Origin: Klebsiella phage 3LV2017
Reading direction: 5' to 3' (one strand)
Length of the DNA stretch: 35,100 bases
Sequence record: KY271397.1
The number at the start of each line of letters is the position of its first letter. Position 1 is the stretch's first letter. Below the pieces are notes generated by a model. It was not told the origin of the DNA. It did not search any database and saw nothing but the letters and a program-made list of their open reading frames with translations. Positions 34,903 through 35,100 of this stretch are shown one piece after another. The translations under genes and the position numbers were made by a program.

Positions 34903-34930
34903 AGCCACGATTACTCGTGGCTTGTTTGTC
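34903..34930 (+). terminator. Rho-independent terminator of the moron cassette (AGCCACG-ATTACT-CGTGGCT + TGTTTGTC)
   Basis: 7-bp stem followed by a T-rich tail, 22 nt after the stop of the secreted-protein gene. Confidence 0.55.
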
Positions 34931-35056
34931 AACGCTGTCTACGTTTTAACGCAACGTCAACGATACATGAAAAACCCCGCACTAGACGGGGCTTGATGGA
35001 TGCTAAGTGGATGCGTTGAATTTTAATCCTTTAAGATTCAAAGTATTGCGCGGCAT

Positions 35057-35079
35057 ATAAACCCGGAGCACTCCGGGTT
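35057..35079. repeat. attR: right copy of the direct repeat, here forming the intact host terminator (hairpin + T7)
   Basis: Exact 21-nt identity with 31-51 and followed by TTTTTTT, which would complete the terminator of the host gene at 1-24 if the prophage were excised. Confidence 0.6.
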
Positions 35080-35100
35080 TTTTTAGCAGGTTAGGGTGAG

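Noticed and set aside
34966-34995. Hairpin AAAAACCCCGCACTAGACGGGGC that would be a terminator on the minus strand
   Set aside because: No minus-strand gene reads into it from the right, since attR and host DNA follow. It is probably a relic or chance structure, so it was not annotated as a feature.
1-35100. Search for tRNA/tmRNA at the attachment site, CRISPR arrays, retron or DGR reverse transcriptases and invertase-controlled fibre switching
   Set aside because: There is no cloverleaf-compatible sequence at either att copy; the core is a simple terminator hairpin. There is no repeat-spacer periodicity. No ORF has RT motifs (YxDD) or serine-invertase motifs. The tail-fibre module has no flanking crossover inverted repeats.

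Overview
The window is almost entirely one complete P2-like (Peduovirus-type) temperate prophage of about 35 kb, integrated in an enterobacterial-type chromosome. The gene assignments rest on my recollection of the P2 protein sequences; no database search was run.

Boundaries: a 21-23 bp direct repeat (AAACCCGGAGCACTCCGGGTT) lies at 29-51 and 35057-35079. It coincides with the terminator hairpin of a host gene whose 3' end occupies 1-24.

Gene order from attL:
- Lysogeny and early region: int (-), C repressor (-), the Pe/Pc switch region, cox (+), several small early ORFs, a DnaQ-like 3'-5' exonuclease, a Dam-type MTase and the rolling-circle initiator A.
- Accessory hotspot between A and cos: a second small N6-adenine MTase and a RelE/HigB-like toxin with an HTH antitoxin on the minus strand.
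- Packaging and head: a cos-like site, Q-P (portal and large terminase, -), a TGT-N12-ACA Ogr-type late-promoter dyad, then O N M L X.
- Lysis: Y holin, K SAR-endolysin, lysB and nested lysC.
- Tail: R S V W J I. A replaced, AT-richer tail-fibre module follows: an SGNH/SASA esterase tailspike with three 42-aa tandem repeats, an unknown 267-aa protein and a short H-like fibre.
- The block U-T-E/E'-FII-FI is on the minus strand, so FI-U is inverted relative to canonical P2. It is followed by a second Ogr dyad, D and ogr (+).
- Terminal cargo: a poly-C14 tract, a sigma70-like promoter and an AT-rich two-gene moron cassette (Zn-ribbon two-TM protein plus a secreted Cys-repeat protein) just inside attR.

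No rRNA, tRNA, CRISPR array, retron or DGR was seen.

Observations that deserve a second look:
- the terminal moron cassette;
- the inverted tail block;
- the esterase-tailspike fibre module;
- a G7 homopolymer that truncates the hotspot MTase;
- the toxin-antitoxin pair with a palindromic operator array in the classical old/tin defence hotspot;
- an antisense-oriented low-GC gene island just upstream of the A gene, at the distal end of the early operon.
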